Below are positions 21,403-34,504 of a DNA stretch of 64,000 nt, piece by piece (position 1 is the stretch's first letter; every line of letters starts with the position of its first letter). The translations under genes and the position numbers were made by a program. This DNA comes from Vitrella brassicaformis CCMP3155 (lineage: Eukaryota > Protista > Chromerida): NCBI GenBank assembly GCA_001179505.1, contig CDMY01000520.1:62001-126000 (forward strand), in the 5' to 3' direction. The notes below the pieces were generated by a model, which was not told the origin of the DNA, ran no database searches, and saw nothing but the letters and a program-made list of their open reading frames with translations.

Positions 21403-24287
21403 ACAGATCATGGTCTACCCTCCCAAGGCATCCGACCCCAAGTTCACACCGGAGAACAACATCGTCATCGGCAACGTGAGCAGACGACACCCATACACAC
21501 ATCCGTGCTCACAACACAAGCCCTCCTATGTGATGTGATGTGTCCTCTGTGTGTGGTATCTGTGCAGGTGGCACTCTATGGTGCGACGGGGGGTAAGGCC
21601 TTCTTCCGCGGCATTGCAGCGGAGCGGTTCTGCGTGCGCAACTCGGGTGCGTCGGCGGTGGTTGAGGGTGTGGGCGACCACGGGTGCGAGTACATGACTG
21701 GCGGCCGGGTGATGATCTTGGGGTCCACGGGCATCAACTTCGCCGCCGGCATGAGCGGCGGCGTCGCTTATGTCTACGACCCCGACAAGAAGTTCCCCGT
21801 CAAGTGCAACATGGAGATGGTCGAACTCTTCGTAAGCCGCCGCACCAACCCACCCCCACACCCACGTGCAGGGTATCACGCCCTCATGCGTGTCTGATGT
21901 CTTGTCTTCAGTCTGTGGGTCAGGAGGACATTGACCACGATGAGGTGCGGCAGATGCTGTGTGATCACCGCGAGAAGACGGGCTCGTCGGTGGCGGCCAG
22001 GATCCTCGACAACTACGACGCCGAGGTGGCGCACTTCGTCAAAGTCTACCCTACCGACTTCCGCAAGGTCCGCGAGAAGCAGAGGGCCGCTGCCGCCACC
22101 CAGAAGGCCACCCTGTCCACACAGGTGTGTATCCACGCACACACAACACACTCTCACACGGACACACAAGCGAGAGAACCAATGGCGTGTGTGTCTTCGC
22201 GGTGCAGTCCACAAGTGAGGCGGTGCCGAGCCAGGCCAACACGCAGGTGGCCAAGGATATTGAGGAGTCCGTCAAGAAGGCCCCTGCAGCAGCGGAGCCT
22301 GACCGCCCCTATGTGGTGGACAAGCCCATCAAGCGCCGCGGCTTCATCGAGTACGAGAGGAGCGTGCAGGGCTACCGCGAGAGCGCCGGGCGGCTGTCGG
22401 ACTTCAAGGAGATCTACAACAAGACGGACGAGAAGAAGCTCAAGACACAGGCAGCCCGGTGCATGGACTGCGGCGTGCCATTCTGCCAGTCGACCACCAG
22501 CGGATGCCCACTTGGTCAGCGAGCATAGCAGACACATCCATCACACCTCTCCCCCTCCCTCACCGTCTCGTGTCTGTGTGTGTGTGTGTGTGTCGTCCAC
22601 CAGGCAACCTGATCCCCGAGTGGAACCAGCTGATCTACGAGGAGAATTGGAAGGAGGCCCTGGACCGGCTGCTGGAGACCAACAACTTCCCCGAGTTCAC
22701 TGGCCGCGTCTGCCCCGCCCCCTGCGAGGGCGCCTGTGTGCTGGGCATCATCGAGAATCCCGTCACCATCAAAAACATCGAGTGCGCCACCATCGACAAG
22801 GGATTCGAGATGGGCTGGATGGTCCCCAAGCCGCCTGCCCACCGCACCGGCAAGAACATCGCCATCGTCGGCTCGGGGCCGGCGGGCATGGCGGCTGCCG
22901 ACCAGCTCAACAAGATGGGCCACTCGGTGACGGTCTTCGAGCGTGCCGACCGGCCGGGCGGTCTGATGATGTATGGCGTGCCCAACATGAAGGCCGACAA
23001 GATCGATGTGGTGATGCGGCGGGTGGAGCTGATGGAGAAGGAGGGCGTGCGATACATCTGCGGGCCGGCCGGCAACATCGGCGGCAGCCCATGGCTGGCG
23101 GGCGACGCGTCCATGGTCGCACCCACGCCCAAGCAGCTGCTCGACGAATATGACGCGCTCGTGCTGGCCACCGGCTCCACCACTGCACGCGACCTCAGGA
23201 TCCCCGGCCGCGATCTCAAGGTGAGATGAGATCGAGGTGGCACATCACATGCATCAAACCAACACACGCATACTTAGCAATATGTCTGGTCTCTCTCTGT
23301 GTGTGTGTCCTGACTGACAGGGTGTGCACTTTGCGATGGAGTTCCTGCACCAGAACACCAAGGCGTTGGTGGACCAGGGCGAGGTGGGTCCCGAGTGGGA
23401 GAAGAAGTCCAGGGACGGCACGCACATCAACGCCAAGGGCAAGAGGGTCATCGTCATCGGCGGAGGAGACACCGGCAACGACTGCATCGGCACCTCCATG
23501 AGACACGGGGCCACCTCCGTCGTCAACTTTGAGCTCATGCCACGACAGCCCCCTGCACGCGCACCCACCAACCCCTGGCCACAGTGGCCATCCGTCTTCC
23601 GCGTAGGCACACACACAACTGACACCATCCATCCATCTATCCATCCCTGCTTTGCGTGTCTGTCGGTGTGTGTGTCAGGTTGACTACGGTCACGAGGAGG
23701 TGGCGACCAAGTTCGGCAAGGACCCCCGCGAGTTCCTGATCAACACCAAGGAGTTCGTGGGCGACGACGATGGCAACCTCATCGGCCTCCGCACCGTGCG
23801 CGTCGAGTGGAAGCGCGACGAGGAGACCGGCAGGTGGCAGATGTCTGAAGTCCCAAACAGCGAAGAGGTAACTAACCGTCACACTTACCACACCACAACA
23901 CGCCCACAACTGGTACACACAACGCACTCTCATTCCCTTCTGTGTGCCATCCATCCATCCATCCATCAGTACTTCGAGGCGGATCTGGTGTTCCTGTCTC
24001 TCGGTTTCCTGGGTCCCGAGAAGTTCGTGGCCGAAGCGCTGAATCTGGAGTTCGACCCGCGCGGCAACTACAAGGCGCCGTACGGCGACGTGCCGGGTGC
24101 CTTCCGCACCAACGTCGAGAAGGTGTACGTGGCGGGTGACTGCCGGAGGGGCCAGTCGCTTGTGGTGTGGGCCATCACCGAGGGCCGACAGGCGGCGACC
24201 AACGTCAACGAGTACCTCATCTCGCAGGACGAGTCGATCAGGAGCACTGTCGAGGCCAACACCACACCCAAGGCGCGTGGCGGGTGA
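16205..24287 (+). CDS. GLT1: NADH-dependent glutamate synthase (fused alpha+beta GOGAT), 19 exons
   Basis: Motifs: N-terminal nucleophile DA|[89 protein letters not shown], 3Fe-4[21 protein letters not shown] domain. Beta subunit: [53 protein letters not shown] traced 18 GT-AG introns; TGA 24285-24287. Confidence 0.98.
19745..19791. repeat. (GGGA)n microsatellite inside a GOGAT intron
   Basis: Direct reading of the tandem GGAG/GGGA run. Confidence 0.9.
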
Positions 24288-27200
24288 GCTGAGGGATCGA
24301 GATGTTGGTTGGGCCTGTGTAGAGAGAGGGCGTGTGTCTGTCGTGTGGTGTGGTGTGTGGTGCTCTTGGTGCCGGCCATGCCATCCCGATGGGAGTGGGC
24401 GTTGGCACGGTGTGGATGGATGGATGGAGTGGTTGGATCGTTTTGTTTTTTTGCTTGGTTGCTTGGTCGGTCGGTCAGTGAGTGAGTCAGTCGTTTTGTC
24501 GATTGATGGAACGAAATGGATCGTCGCTGGTTCGTCCATTCTTCCAATGGGTGTCATGTCGATAGAGGTGGCTGGGCAGCTGGCCCGTGGTGGGTTGGGT
24601 GCCAGTCGAGCCCGCAGCCGCATTCATGAGTAGACAGACAGACGGGCAGCTTTCTTCCCTCCCTCTCCTCACTTCGTACTCACTTGCCTGACCTCTCTGT
24701 GTGTGTGTCTGCGTGCGCCTCCCTCTGTCTCTATCCCACGTCTCACCTCTGTGGATGCGGAGGGAGCTCGAGCGCTTTTTGGTCCCGGGCTCGCCCACGT
24801 CACATCATGGCATGGCACCTTGTGTGTATGTGCGTGTGTATGTCCTGATCGCACTGTCACCACACGCCTTTCTTGGATCGTTGTGCTGTCTGTGTGTGTG
24901 GTGGTGTGTGGTGGGTCGGTTGTCAACCTAGCATGCTGTCTGTGCTGTGCTCGGCTGACCTGAGAGGGATCCGTTTGATGCCAACATACATACATTGATC
25001 GACACACGTGATGCACACCAGATACCATAACACTGTGTGTGTGATCCTTCGTGCGTCTGACCGTATGCTCTGTTCGCATGTGGTGTCGATTCCGCCGACG
25101 GAGAGAGCGTGAAGGCAAAGACCAGCAAGCTGACCAAGATGGAGTGTAGGCAATGCTTTCGATGGCCTTGCCTTCACTTCGTGAAGATCAGGTTGCGGGG
25201 CTGTTGCCTTCTCGCGTCTGTCGAGTGTCTGCCTGTCCGTCCTTTCACTCGTGTGTGATGTCATGTCATGCCCGCTGATGATCAGCCACTCACTGCACGC
25301 CCGATGACTAGCACTCACTGCTGGCGAGGGCGGGAGCACCGCACCCACCGCCCACTAACTAACTGACCGCTCCGCTCGGTCGCCCTCTCTCTCAGTCCAC
25401 TTGCCTCGGCGCATGCCGTCCGTGTCGGTCTGTCGTGTGTCTGCCCGGCCGGCTATCGGTCACCGAGCGAGCCGGAAAAGTGCGACACGGACGGCATCGA
25501 TCGACACTGATGCGCCAAGACCCTACCCTGTCAGTGCAGTGCAGTAAGTCTACACACTGCAGTGAAGTTGATTGCAAATCCCCATCCCATTCACTCACCA
25601 GCCGACTGACTTGTGTGTCGTCGTGTCGTGTGTGTGGTCTGGTCTGGTTTAATGTGACGTTTTTTTGGCATTTTTTGTGAGTGAGCCAACGTGCGGGTGA
25701 CTTGGTGGGCGAGTGGGTGCGCCAACGACCGACCATGATGTATGTGCTGTGGGGGTGTGCTCGTGTCTGGCTGGCGTGTCGTGGCGTGGCGTGGCGTCAG
25801 CTGACTGACTGCATTGATTGCTTTGGATTGATTGCGTTCGTTGCGCTGACTTGGTTTCGTTTCGTTCCGTTTCGTTGGTTGGACCAGATAATACTCCGAT
25901 GAGTGAGTATTTTTCGTGCGTGTATGTGTGCGTGTCCATCCATGGACGCCTGGGTGTTTTCACATCATTCACAGAGAGAGAGACACACCGTCGTGGATGC
26001 ATCACATGCCTGCCTGCATGTGTGTGAGTGTTCGTGATCGTGAGGTGGCACGTCTGTGTGCGTGGAATGAACTCAGGGATCAGTGATCAGTGCAAGGGAG
26101 TTTTCGCCATGTCGGTCGGTCGGCAATCGCGGCAATTCAATTTTCTCCCTCCCTCCCTCTCGTGGATCGACCGTCTCTCCGTGTGTCGTTGGATATCGCT
26201 CGCCGGGTGCGCTGTCGTGCCGTGCTTGGGGGTCCTCCATGCCTCCATGTTGCTCGTGACATTTTTCTCTTAAACCTTCATCTCTTCGCTCCCGTGTCTG
26301 TCATGTGTGCAGCGTGGAACCGGAATGGCTCTCTGGTGTCGATTTTGGTTTATACCCGTGTGGTGTCGTGGTGTCGTGTCGTGTGTGATGCATCTCGTGG
26401 ATGGGTGGTGTCGATGGGAACCGCGTAGGCTGTGCCGTGCCGTGCCGTTGTGTGTACGCGATTGCGTCGGTCACTCACTGCTTGTGATGGTGTGGTGCAC
26501 ACAACACGTCACATGTCGAAAGTCTTCTTCTGTCGACTCAGCCAACCTGCCTCTCTGATGAGCCAGCCACTTGGATGGACTGATGGATGGACACTGCATT
26601 CCATTCCTGTTGATGTGAACCCATTGCGATTCATTACGAGTGTATATCATATTGTCTGTCTCCACGCGTCCATTTCACAAAGGTTCCTCCCTCTCACCAC
26701 CCACACCACTCGCCCCGCCCATGCGCACCGGTCCCCTTACCCCAACGTGTGTGCAGCATGTAGTAAGAACACGCCATGGATGCGGTGAGAAAACACGGCG
26801 CTTGTCGGTCCGTATCAACCTGCCACTTGTCTGCCAGCCCCCCAGTCATTCGAGCAATCGATCGTCCGCGCGACAAGCCAGCCAGAGAGTACATACCACT
26901 CATACCTCACAAACCGACACCCACCCTTATGATGACGATGGCTGGGCAGAGGGACGGCCGCCCCGCCCTGCTCTCGAGTGCAGTGCAGGGCGGGGCGGCC
27001 GTCGCAATGAATGGCTATGCTCTCACGTCTGTCTCATCGGCTCGTTCGCTGAGCCCTCCGCCTCTCTCGCTCGCTTCGTCGTATCTATCAATTGCGTAGC
27101 ACCGACATGGACCAGCCGGCGCACACCCACACCACACACTCAGACACACACATGCAATTACAACAGACCCGCTGCAATTGCCAAAGGTGTCTGTCTTGTA

Positions 27201-28356
27201 GCTCTCTCTCTATGCTCTTCCTCCTTCTCAACTCGCTTACTCGCAGTCACACAGCTGGCCTGCCAGTGTGCGTCGCTTCTCATGCCACGATCGGCGCGCC
27301 GGCCCCACTTGACGACAGGCTACGCAACCAGAGCCCGCTTGCCCATCGCATCATGAGAAGCGACGCCGCACCTGCGCCGCGCCAGGCTGAGAGAAGTGAG
27401 TGGATGGATGGATGGATGAGGGTGGCACAGATAGATAAAGCAGAGGGGGGTCAAAGACCCGGTGGCCAGGTGGCTAGCTGCGCTGGCCTGGCCGACTCGT
27501 GGACGAACGAACACAACTATTTACTCCATGTAGGTGCATATGTATTAGGCAAGAGAGAGCACACGGATGGATGGCAGAGCAGAGCAGACGAGCTCGGAGG
27601 GGAATGGCATACACAGGCAGGCAGGCGGGCACTAGTCGGTCAGCCGAGGGTCGAAGCCACACAAGACATCAGCACATCAGGCAGGCTGTGTCTTTGGTCG
27701 ATTCGATCCCAGCCAGCACAGAACGGACAAACGGGAGACGGACGGACGGACAGACAGGGGAGGACATTCGGGCGGTATGCAGACAGGTAGACAGACAGGT
27801 AGACAGAAAGACAGAAAGACAGACAGACAGACGGGGAGGCAATCGTGCAAGTACGTACGTACGCTACGCATAAAGTTACTTACTCATTCACTCACTGCAT
27901 ACACATCAATCACATCCTACCTAGCCTAGTCCACACGGGCGGGCGTTGTGTGTGTGTGAGGCGGGCGAGGCTTTCTGGGCTGGCCAGGCAGGCAGGCAGG
28001 CACATCCGGCTGTCTGTGTGTGTGTGTCTGTCTTGGTGTGTGTGTGAATCAAGAGAGAGAGATAAAGCGTAGGTGCGTGCCGGAAGCACTCGCCCCGGTC
28101 GTTCGTACGTACGAAGTACCCCTGCCAGCCTCTTCTATCTATCGCACTGACTGCACCCCCGCCCCTTAACCCACACCACACCACACCACACCACACACAG
28201 ATCGCATTCGACGGGCAGCATCGATCGCATCACCCCCTTAAGAAGGTATGCATGTGTCAACAAGCAGGCAACGCTACGTAAACGGGCCAATACATGCATT
28301 CATGCAGCAGCAAATCAGGCTGGCCAGCCAGCCATAGGTCCACACAGATGAAAGCG

Positions 28357-28388
<32 letters not shown>

Positions 28389-28401
28389 CACATCCCATCC
28401 C

Positions 28402-28701
28402 NNNNNNNNNNNNNNNNNNNNNNNNNNNNNNNNNNNNNNNNNNNNNNNNNNNNNNNNNNNNNNNNNNNNNNNNNNNNNNNNNNNNNNNNNNNNNNNNNNN
28501 NNNNNNNNNNNNNNNNNNNNNNNNNNNNNNNNNNNNNNNNNNNNNNNNNNNNNNNNNNNNNNNNNNNNNNNNNNNNNNNNNNNNNNNNNNNNNNNNNNNN
28601 NNNNNNNNNNNNNNNNNNNNNNNNNNNNNNNNNNNNNNNNNNNNNNNNNNNNNNNNNNNNNNNNNNNNNNNNNNNNNNNNNNNNNNNNNNNNNNNNNNNN
28701 N
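28402..28701. other. Assembly gap (300 N)
   Basis: Run of N. Confidence 1.
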
Positions 28702-28798
28702 GCCCACCAACCAAAATCGACAGCCAGACAGCGACCGATCGTTCGTTGTCCGAATAAACGCATCCATCCATCCAGTCACACCACACCAACCACGTCAG

Positions 28799-31700
28799 TC
28801 ACACCTCGCTGTCCTCTCCACCCGCATCGCCCTTCTTGGGCGTGGTGCCGGCCGTCTCCGCCTCGATGTGAGCAACATTGGCGCCATTGCCATCGTCCTT
28901 GTGCAGGTCCGAGAACTCTAGGGCCGTCGTGGAGCCCTTCTGTCTAAGCGACTTGGGCGGCTTGACGGTCTCCTCCAGCCGCCACACCGTCTGGTGGATC
29001 AGCAGGCCCAGCACAAAGGCAGCCGCGCAGCAGGCGTGACCGATCTGGGTGACACACAGACACAGACACAGACACAGACACAGAGACACACAAGGGATGA
29101 TGTCTGGGGGGAGAGAGAGGGATGTGGTGTGGGTGTGGGGGCAGGTGAACTCACCACGTTTGTTCCCAGGAGTGCGCTGTATGGCCCCACCCCCATCTCG
29201 AAGCTCTCAGGCAAAAGCTTTAGCTGCACCATCACACACGAACACAAACACACATACACATACACACACGTGCATCTTGCCATATCTTCGGCAGACACTG
29301 CCTGGCTCCCTGGCTGGCTGGCTGACCTGGTAGAGTGTGCCGAAAGCCACTCCCGTGACGAAGGAGAGCAAGAAGGCGAGAGGCGACCTGCGCCAGCCCC
29401 AGGAGGACCCTCCCTCTGTGTGGGGGTCGGCGAACCGCCACACCAGCAGCCCCCACACAGGCGGACCCAAACCCATCACCATCGTCCCAGACACAGTCGC
29501 TGCACACACCACACACACACCACACACACATCCATCCATCCATCCATCCACCATAAGGCATGCACTGACTGAGATGGCGCGACGTCCTTACTTGCGTTGA
29601 GAGCCGTGGTCTCAATCATGAGGAAGCAGCTGCCCCCCACCGCGATGGCAATGATCGCCAGCCGGCCAACAGCGATGTGCCATGGTCCGATGTTGGCCAC
29701 GTCCTGTGGCGCGATGGGGCCCTTTTTGGTTCTGTTGTCGCCGGGGATGGGCAGCCAGCCGCCGAACTCTAGCGAGAAGAGCTTGGCTGTGGAGGTGAAG
29801 GTTGAGTCGAGGGTCGACATGGACGACGTCAGCATCACCAGGTTGACCATCGCTGTCGCTACCACTGGGAGGGAGGAAGCCACTGTAGCTGGGTCGCCAG
29901 ACTGACGAAAGGAGCACACAGACAGACAGACAGACAGACAGACAGGGAGGGAGGGAGGGAGGGAGAGAGAAAGGTGGGACCATCGCTGTTGTGAGTGCAG
30001 GTGGGAGGTGGGCGGTGGGGGTGGGTGTGCACAGTGCAGTACGTCTGCGGAGGCTTCGTCTGTGAGGAAGGCGCCGTAGACGCCCACGGCAGCGAAGAGG
30101 ATGATGAAGAGGGCAGCCACCAACCCTCCCCCAAAGAAGGACACAAGCCTGACACACACAAGACACGACAGCACCCACAGCAGAGCACAGCACAGCTCAG
30201 GCCATGTTGCGACATGTGATGTGTGTTAGTCATGTGTGTGCTGAGCACACACATTGTGTTAGGTGTGGAGAGGAAAGTGCGGTCGGTCAGCACGGGGTCC
30301 ATGAAGGGGTAGGAACACACGCCCTGCACAAGCCAACACGACACACACACGCATGGTGCCAGCCCGACGCCCACACGTCAGTCAGTCAGTCAGTCAGCCT
30401 GTGTGTGTAAGGAAGGGGCATAGGTACCTGTATGAGCGCAGCGGCAAACAGGGTGCTCCATCCGTCGATCCAGCCGCTGCCGGGAACAAACGTCCAGAGG
30501 CTGTTGATGCCTGCAGCCACACACACAGGCACACACACACACACAGGCACACACAGAGTGATGGCTGGAGGGATGGACAATGGACGTCTGGTCTCTCCCA
30601 TACCGTCGAAGTTGGGCTCTTGTCCGATGAACACCAGGATGAGAACCAGGAAGATAATCGCAAGGAGGGCCTGCACACAACACACAACACACACAAAGGC
30701 CGGGCCATGAGTGTGGGTGTCTGTCTGTCTGTCTGTCTGTCCGTCTGCGTCTGTCTGTCTATCTATCGTGCCTGTAGGACGTCCGAGAAGAGCGAGGTGC
30801 GCATGCCGCCGAAGCACACGTACACGGCGGGGATGCCCGTCGACGTTATCACCGCTGCCCACCACATCGTCGAGTACGTCTCACCTGCACACACACACAC
30901 ACACGGTGCGGTGCCTTCACGTCTGTCAGTCGGCTGAGTGTTGGATGGATGGTGTAGCCGCCCTCCTTCCCCTCACCGTAGAATCCTGCTACCACGACGC
31001 TGTTTGACCAGACCTCGTTGAAGAGTCGGTAGAGCAGCGCCAGCTCGAAGCAGAAGGTGGCTATGTCACCGTAGCACCGACACACGGCTGAAGGATTGTA
31101 CACACACACACACACACACACACGTGTGTGCGTTGGATGGCGGAGTGTGATGATGACATACATACCACTGGGGAGGCTCTTGGCGTTTTGCTTGACCCTC
31201 AGCACGTAGCCGACAATAGCAGCAGAGAGGAACGACACGTACCAACCGGCATACGCCACACCACCTGACACACACACACACTCGATCCTCTCCCTCTGTC
31301 CCTCCCTCCCTCCCTCCCTCACCGAGCATGCCGAATCTGCTCCCCAGAGTGGCTGAGTTGAAGATGCTCTTGGCGAATATCCACGTGATGAACGCGCTGC
31401 TGGCGAGGGTGAAGAATCCCACGTCTCCCTGATGCAGCGTGGCGCTGGATGGCATCGATGACAGCGACTGGCCGGTGGGCGACCGGCGATCGAACTGAGT
31501 GTGCCCCGGGAGGCACGACGATGTCAGCGGGATGATGGCGCGAACACGGTCCAGCAGAGAGCTGCCCTCGCCGTTGTAGAACGCCCTGCATCCGTTGCAG
31601 CGATGGACAGACAGACAGACATGTGGAGAGACAGAGAGACGGGCAGACGGAGAGAAAGGGGCTCGTACGTACCATGGGTTGGTGGTGATGCAGGACGTCC

Positions 31701-31992
31701 AGATGAAGACCACGGCATACCAGAACAGAATGTGCCAGTTGAGCCCTCCTGCGCACACACATAACACAGTCAGCCCAACTCATCTCTCTCCCTCCCGCTA
31801 TGTGTGAGTGTGTCTCAGCCCGCATGTGCGCCCACCCTGGTACAGCTCCAGCAGAGTCACGCCGAGAGCCACCACCACGACGAAGGACGACCATCTGAAC
31901 CAGGTCCAGGGCGAGATCTTGCCCCACACTGGCGAAGGGAAGGTCGGTGAGTCGGCCTGGGCGGCTGCTGGGGAGGGGGCTGATTCGCTCAT
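28799..31992 (-). CDS. Sodium:solute symporter (SSS/SLC5-like) family transporter, multi-exon
   Basis: Many TM segments. Motifs: ASSAFITWIFAKSIFNSATLG, GGVAYAGWYVSF, YRLFNEVWSNS, GGMRTSLFSDVLQ, SYPFMDPVLTDRTF, LTSSMSTLDSTFTSTAKLFS, ATTVSGTMVMGLGPP. ATG 31992; TGA ending at 28799. Confidence 0.88.
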
Positions 31993-32255
31993 GCTGAATT
32001 ACAAACCACCGCACACAGACTTTAAATAAGCAAACACACACGCACAAGCACAACACGCGGGAGAGGGGAGCCGATGCAGATCTGCCGATCGTTCCCGCGG
32101 GTGTGAAGGGAAACGACTTGTGGGCTTTTCGATGGCGCTTCTCACGTCACGCAGCCCTCTATGCAATTGCGGATCTCTCAATTCATTCACTGTCGCTTCG
32201 GCTTTCCTCTGAGGCTTTGAGGCTTTGCAGCGTCCCGGCGGCATCTGAGGGTGCC

Positions 32256-33401
32256 ATGGCGCTGCTGCTCTTCCTCGCAGTCACCATCTCAGCTTATCTC
32301 TCTTCTGCGGCTCAATGCTTCGCCGCCATCAGCCCGTCTCCATCAACGTTCATCTCACCGCCTTCCGTTGTGGAAAGCAGGAGGCTCATCAACGATCTGC
32401 AACCAAGACGGCAGCAAGGACCAAGAAGGAGGTGTCCTTGGTCCTTGACGATGACGTCAGTTGATGGCTCGTGTGTGCCGAGTGAAAAGGTTGTGGCGGC
32501 ACTGTCGAGGCGTGAGGTTGTGGCGGCGGCTTCTGCAGCTCTGGTGCTGCCACTGGTGGGTGGGGGTGGCCCTGCCTGGGGCGATAGCAGCGGTCTTGGC
32601 AACACGACCGAGGCAATCGCGACAGTGTTCGTGTGCAGGCGGGCAATGGATCCTGTGAAGGTCAGTCAGTCAGTCGGGCAGACATACCAGACACATGGGT
32701 GATGCGGTCGATAAGATGGTTGGCTGGATTGCATTTAGGGCTACATAGCCGAGGGTCAGTGGGACCGGGCGCGTTCGAATGTCAACTACTGCACGAGGGT
32801 CCTGCGGCTCAACTCTGTGCTCAAGAAGGTGTCCAACGACATCGATGAGGTCGAGGGGCTGGAGATCGCTGGCGACCTCCTGTGAGGAGCCAACCCAGAC
32901 ACACACGCACACACACGTCACATGTGACTCTCCGCTTGTGTCTGTATTTGGTATGTGTGCAGGAACACCATGTCTGACCTGGACAGCTCCATCTACACGC
33001 CGGTCGGTGACACACACAAAAACCGATAGACAACCCAGCCTCTCTGGCTTATCTCTCTGTGTTGAGCAGATCTTCGCCTTCGACACTGCGAGCGGCACAC
33101 AAAGGTCATTTGCCAAGTATCAGGTACACTTAAGAAATGGTGGGTTGTGATTGATTGGTGCATGTGTGTGTGTGTGTGTGTGCGTTGTTCTGCTGCCGCA
33201 TCCATGGCCGTTGGCCTGTTACAGAAGGAGTGCTACAGGTACTACGACGAGTCCGTGGCGCTCCTCGACCGCTTCATACAGCTGCTGCCGTCAGAGCTCT
33301 TAGCTGAGAGCTCCCAGCTGGCAGACGCACGCCCCCTCCCCAAGTTCCTCGGGATTCCACAGAGTGCAGCGGCGGCAGGGGGCAAGAGGGGAGGCAAGTG
33401 A
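32256..33401 (+). CDS. Plastid-targeted thylakoid-lumen protein, PsbQ-like helical fold
   Basis: Signal peptide MALLLFLAVTISAYLSSAAQC|F, then a Ser/Arg-rich transit peptide and a twin-Arg Tat signal LSRREVVAAASAALVLPLVGGGGPAWG. Mature helices ..YIAEGQWDRARSNVNY..LRLNSVLKKV..DLLNTMSDLD..YYDESVALLDRFIQLL. Confidence 0.65.
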
Positions 33402-33761
33402 CTGACTGATGAGGGATGGAGGGGGGCTCTATGATGGGATGTGTGAGGATTTGTGTATAGCCAGTCGGTGTGAGGAGTGAGATGAATGGACTGAAGGATG
33501 CAGTGAGTGGATGTATGCGATTCGTTCGATGCCAGCAAGGCAGGACAGCAGGCAGGCACCGAGATGAACGAATGACTTGACTTGAACCACGTGATGAGTC
33601 AGTCACTGACACCCAGAAAGCCATGTGAGCAAATCGGCATCATGAGTTGGTCCGTCAGTCAGTCAGTAATTCAATCGGTCGGTCGGTCGGTCATCGAGCT
33701 ACTTGTCCCATCAGTCAGTGTGTGTACACACAGCAAAGGAAGAGAAGCACATCAGATCAGA

Positions 33762-34504
33762 TCAGAGACGCTGCAGGTCTGGCGCTTTCGGCAAAGCCCT
33801 CTGCATCACACACACATACGCCACCAACACCAGACAGAAAGGCGCACACGTTGGTCAATTATACGCCTGGGTGGATGAGTGCGTGGCTTCCTCCTCCCTC
33901 CGTCCGTCACCTGTAGTTGCCCTATGGGGTCGTATATCTCGCACCAGTAGGTCTTCTCGCTGTGCCTGTCGTAGGCCACGCGCACATCCCCGCCCTCCCC
34001 CTTCTCGCACCGAAAGAACACGTTCGTCCCGATGGTCTCCCTCTCAGTCGCATACATTCGGAACGGACAGGCCTCACCCGCCTCCATCCGCAGGCACATG
34101 CATGGCTTCTCCTCCATCAGCTGATAGGGGTCTCCGTACTTGCCACCCAGCAGCGCCTCGGGCGGCGCCGGGGGGTACTTGTCGACGGCCTCGATGGTGT
34201 TGATTTTGCCGCCCATCTTGAAGAAGACGCTGCGGACGAACTCAGGGAACTCCATGAAGACTATCTCCTCCTCCTCAGTGTAGTCAGACGAGCTGCTGGC
34301 CGCTGCTGCTGCCGATGTTGATGCTGCTGCTGCTGCGGCTGCTGCTGCCGCTGCCGGTGTGGGAGAGGAAGTGTCATTGGATATGTCCATCGGGGATGGA
34401 CCAGAGCCTGCGGTGTCGGCTCTTGCCGATGACCCAGAGGCCTGAGGCTGTTGCTGCTGTGGCACAGCGGCCGCACTCCAATCGATGGGCACGTCCTCAC
34501 TCAT
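33762..34504 (-). CDS. Hypothetical protein, possibly TFIIIC subunit 6 (GTF3C6)-like
   Basis: Low-complexity Ala/Ser N-terminus, then YTEEEEIVFMEFP...RETIGTNVFF, which resembles the TFIIIC_sub6 pattern (acidic-YVLLD...GT.LFF). A short last exon reads RALPKAPDLQRL*. Confidence 0.4.

Noticed and set aside
25180-25200. GATCAGGT (reverse-complement ACCTGATC), a TPP-riboswitch core-like word
   Set aside because: No accompanying CTGAGA or GG.TAAT.CC.GCG elements; a chance match.
28257-28947. ORFs spanning the N run (also 61892-63305)
   Set aside because: Artefacts of translating through fixed 300-N gap placeholders.
16205-31992. Nitrogen-assimilation cluster (GOGAT plus a urea transporter DUR3)
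   Set aside because: The symporter motifs do not look like DUR3 to me, the genes are convergent and 4.5 kb apart, and nothing shows co-regulation.
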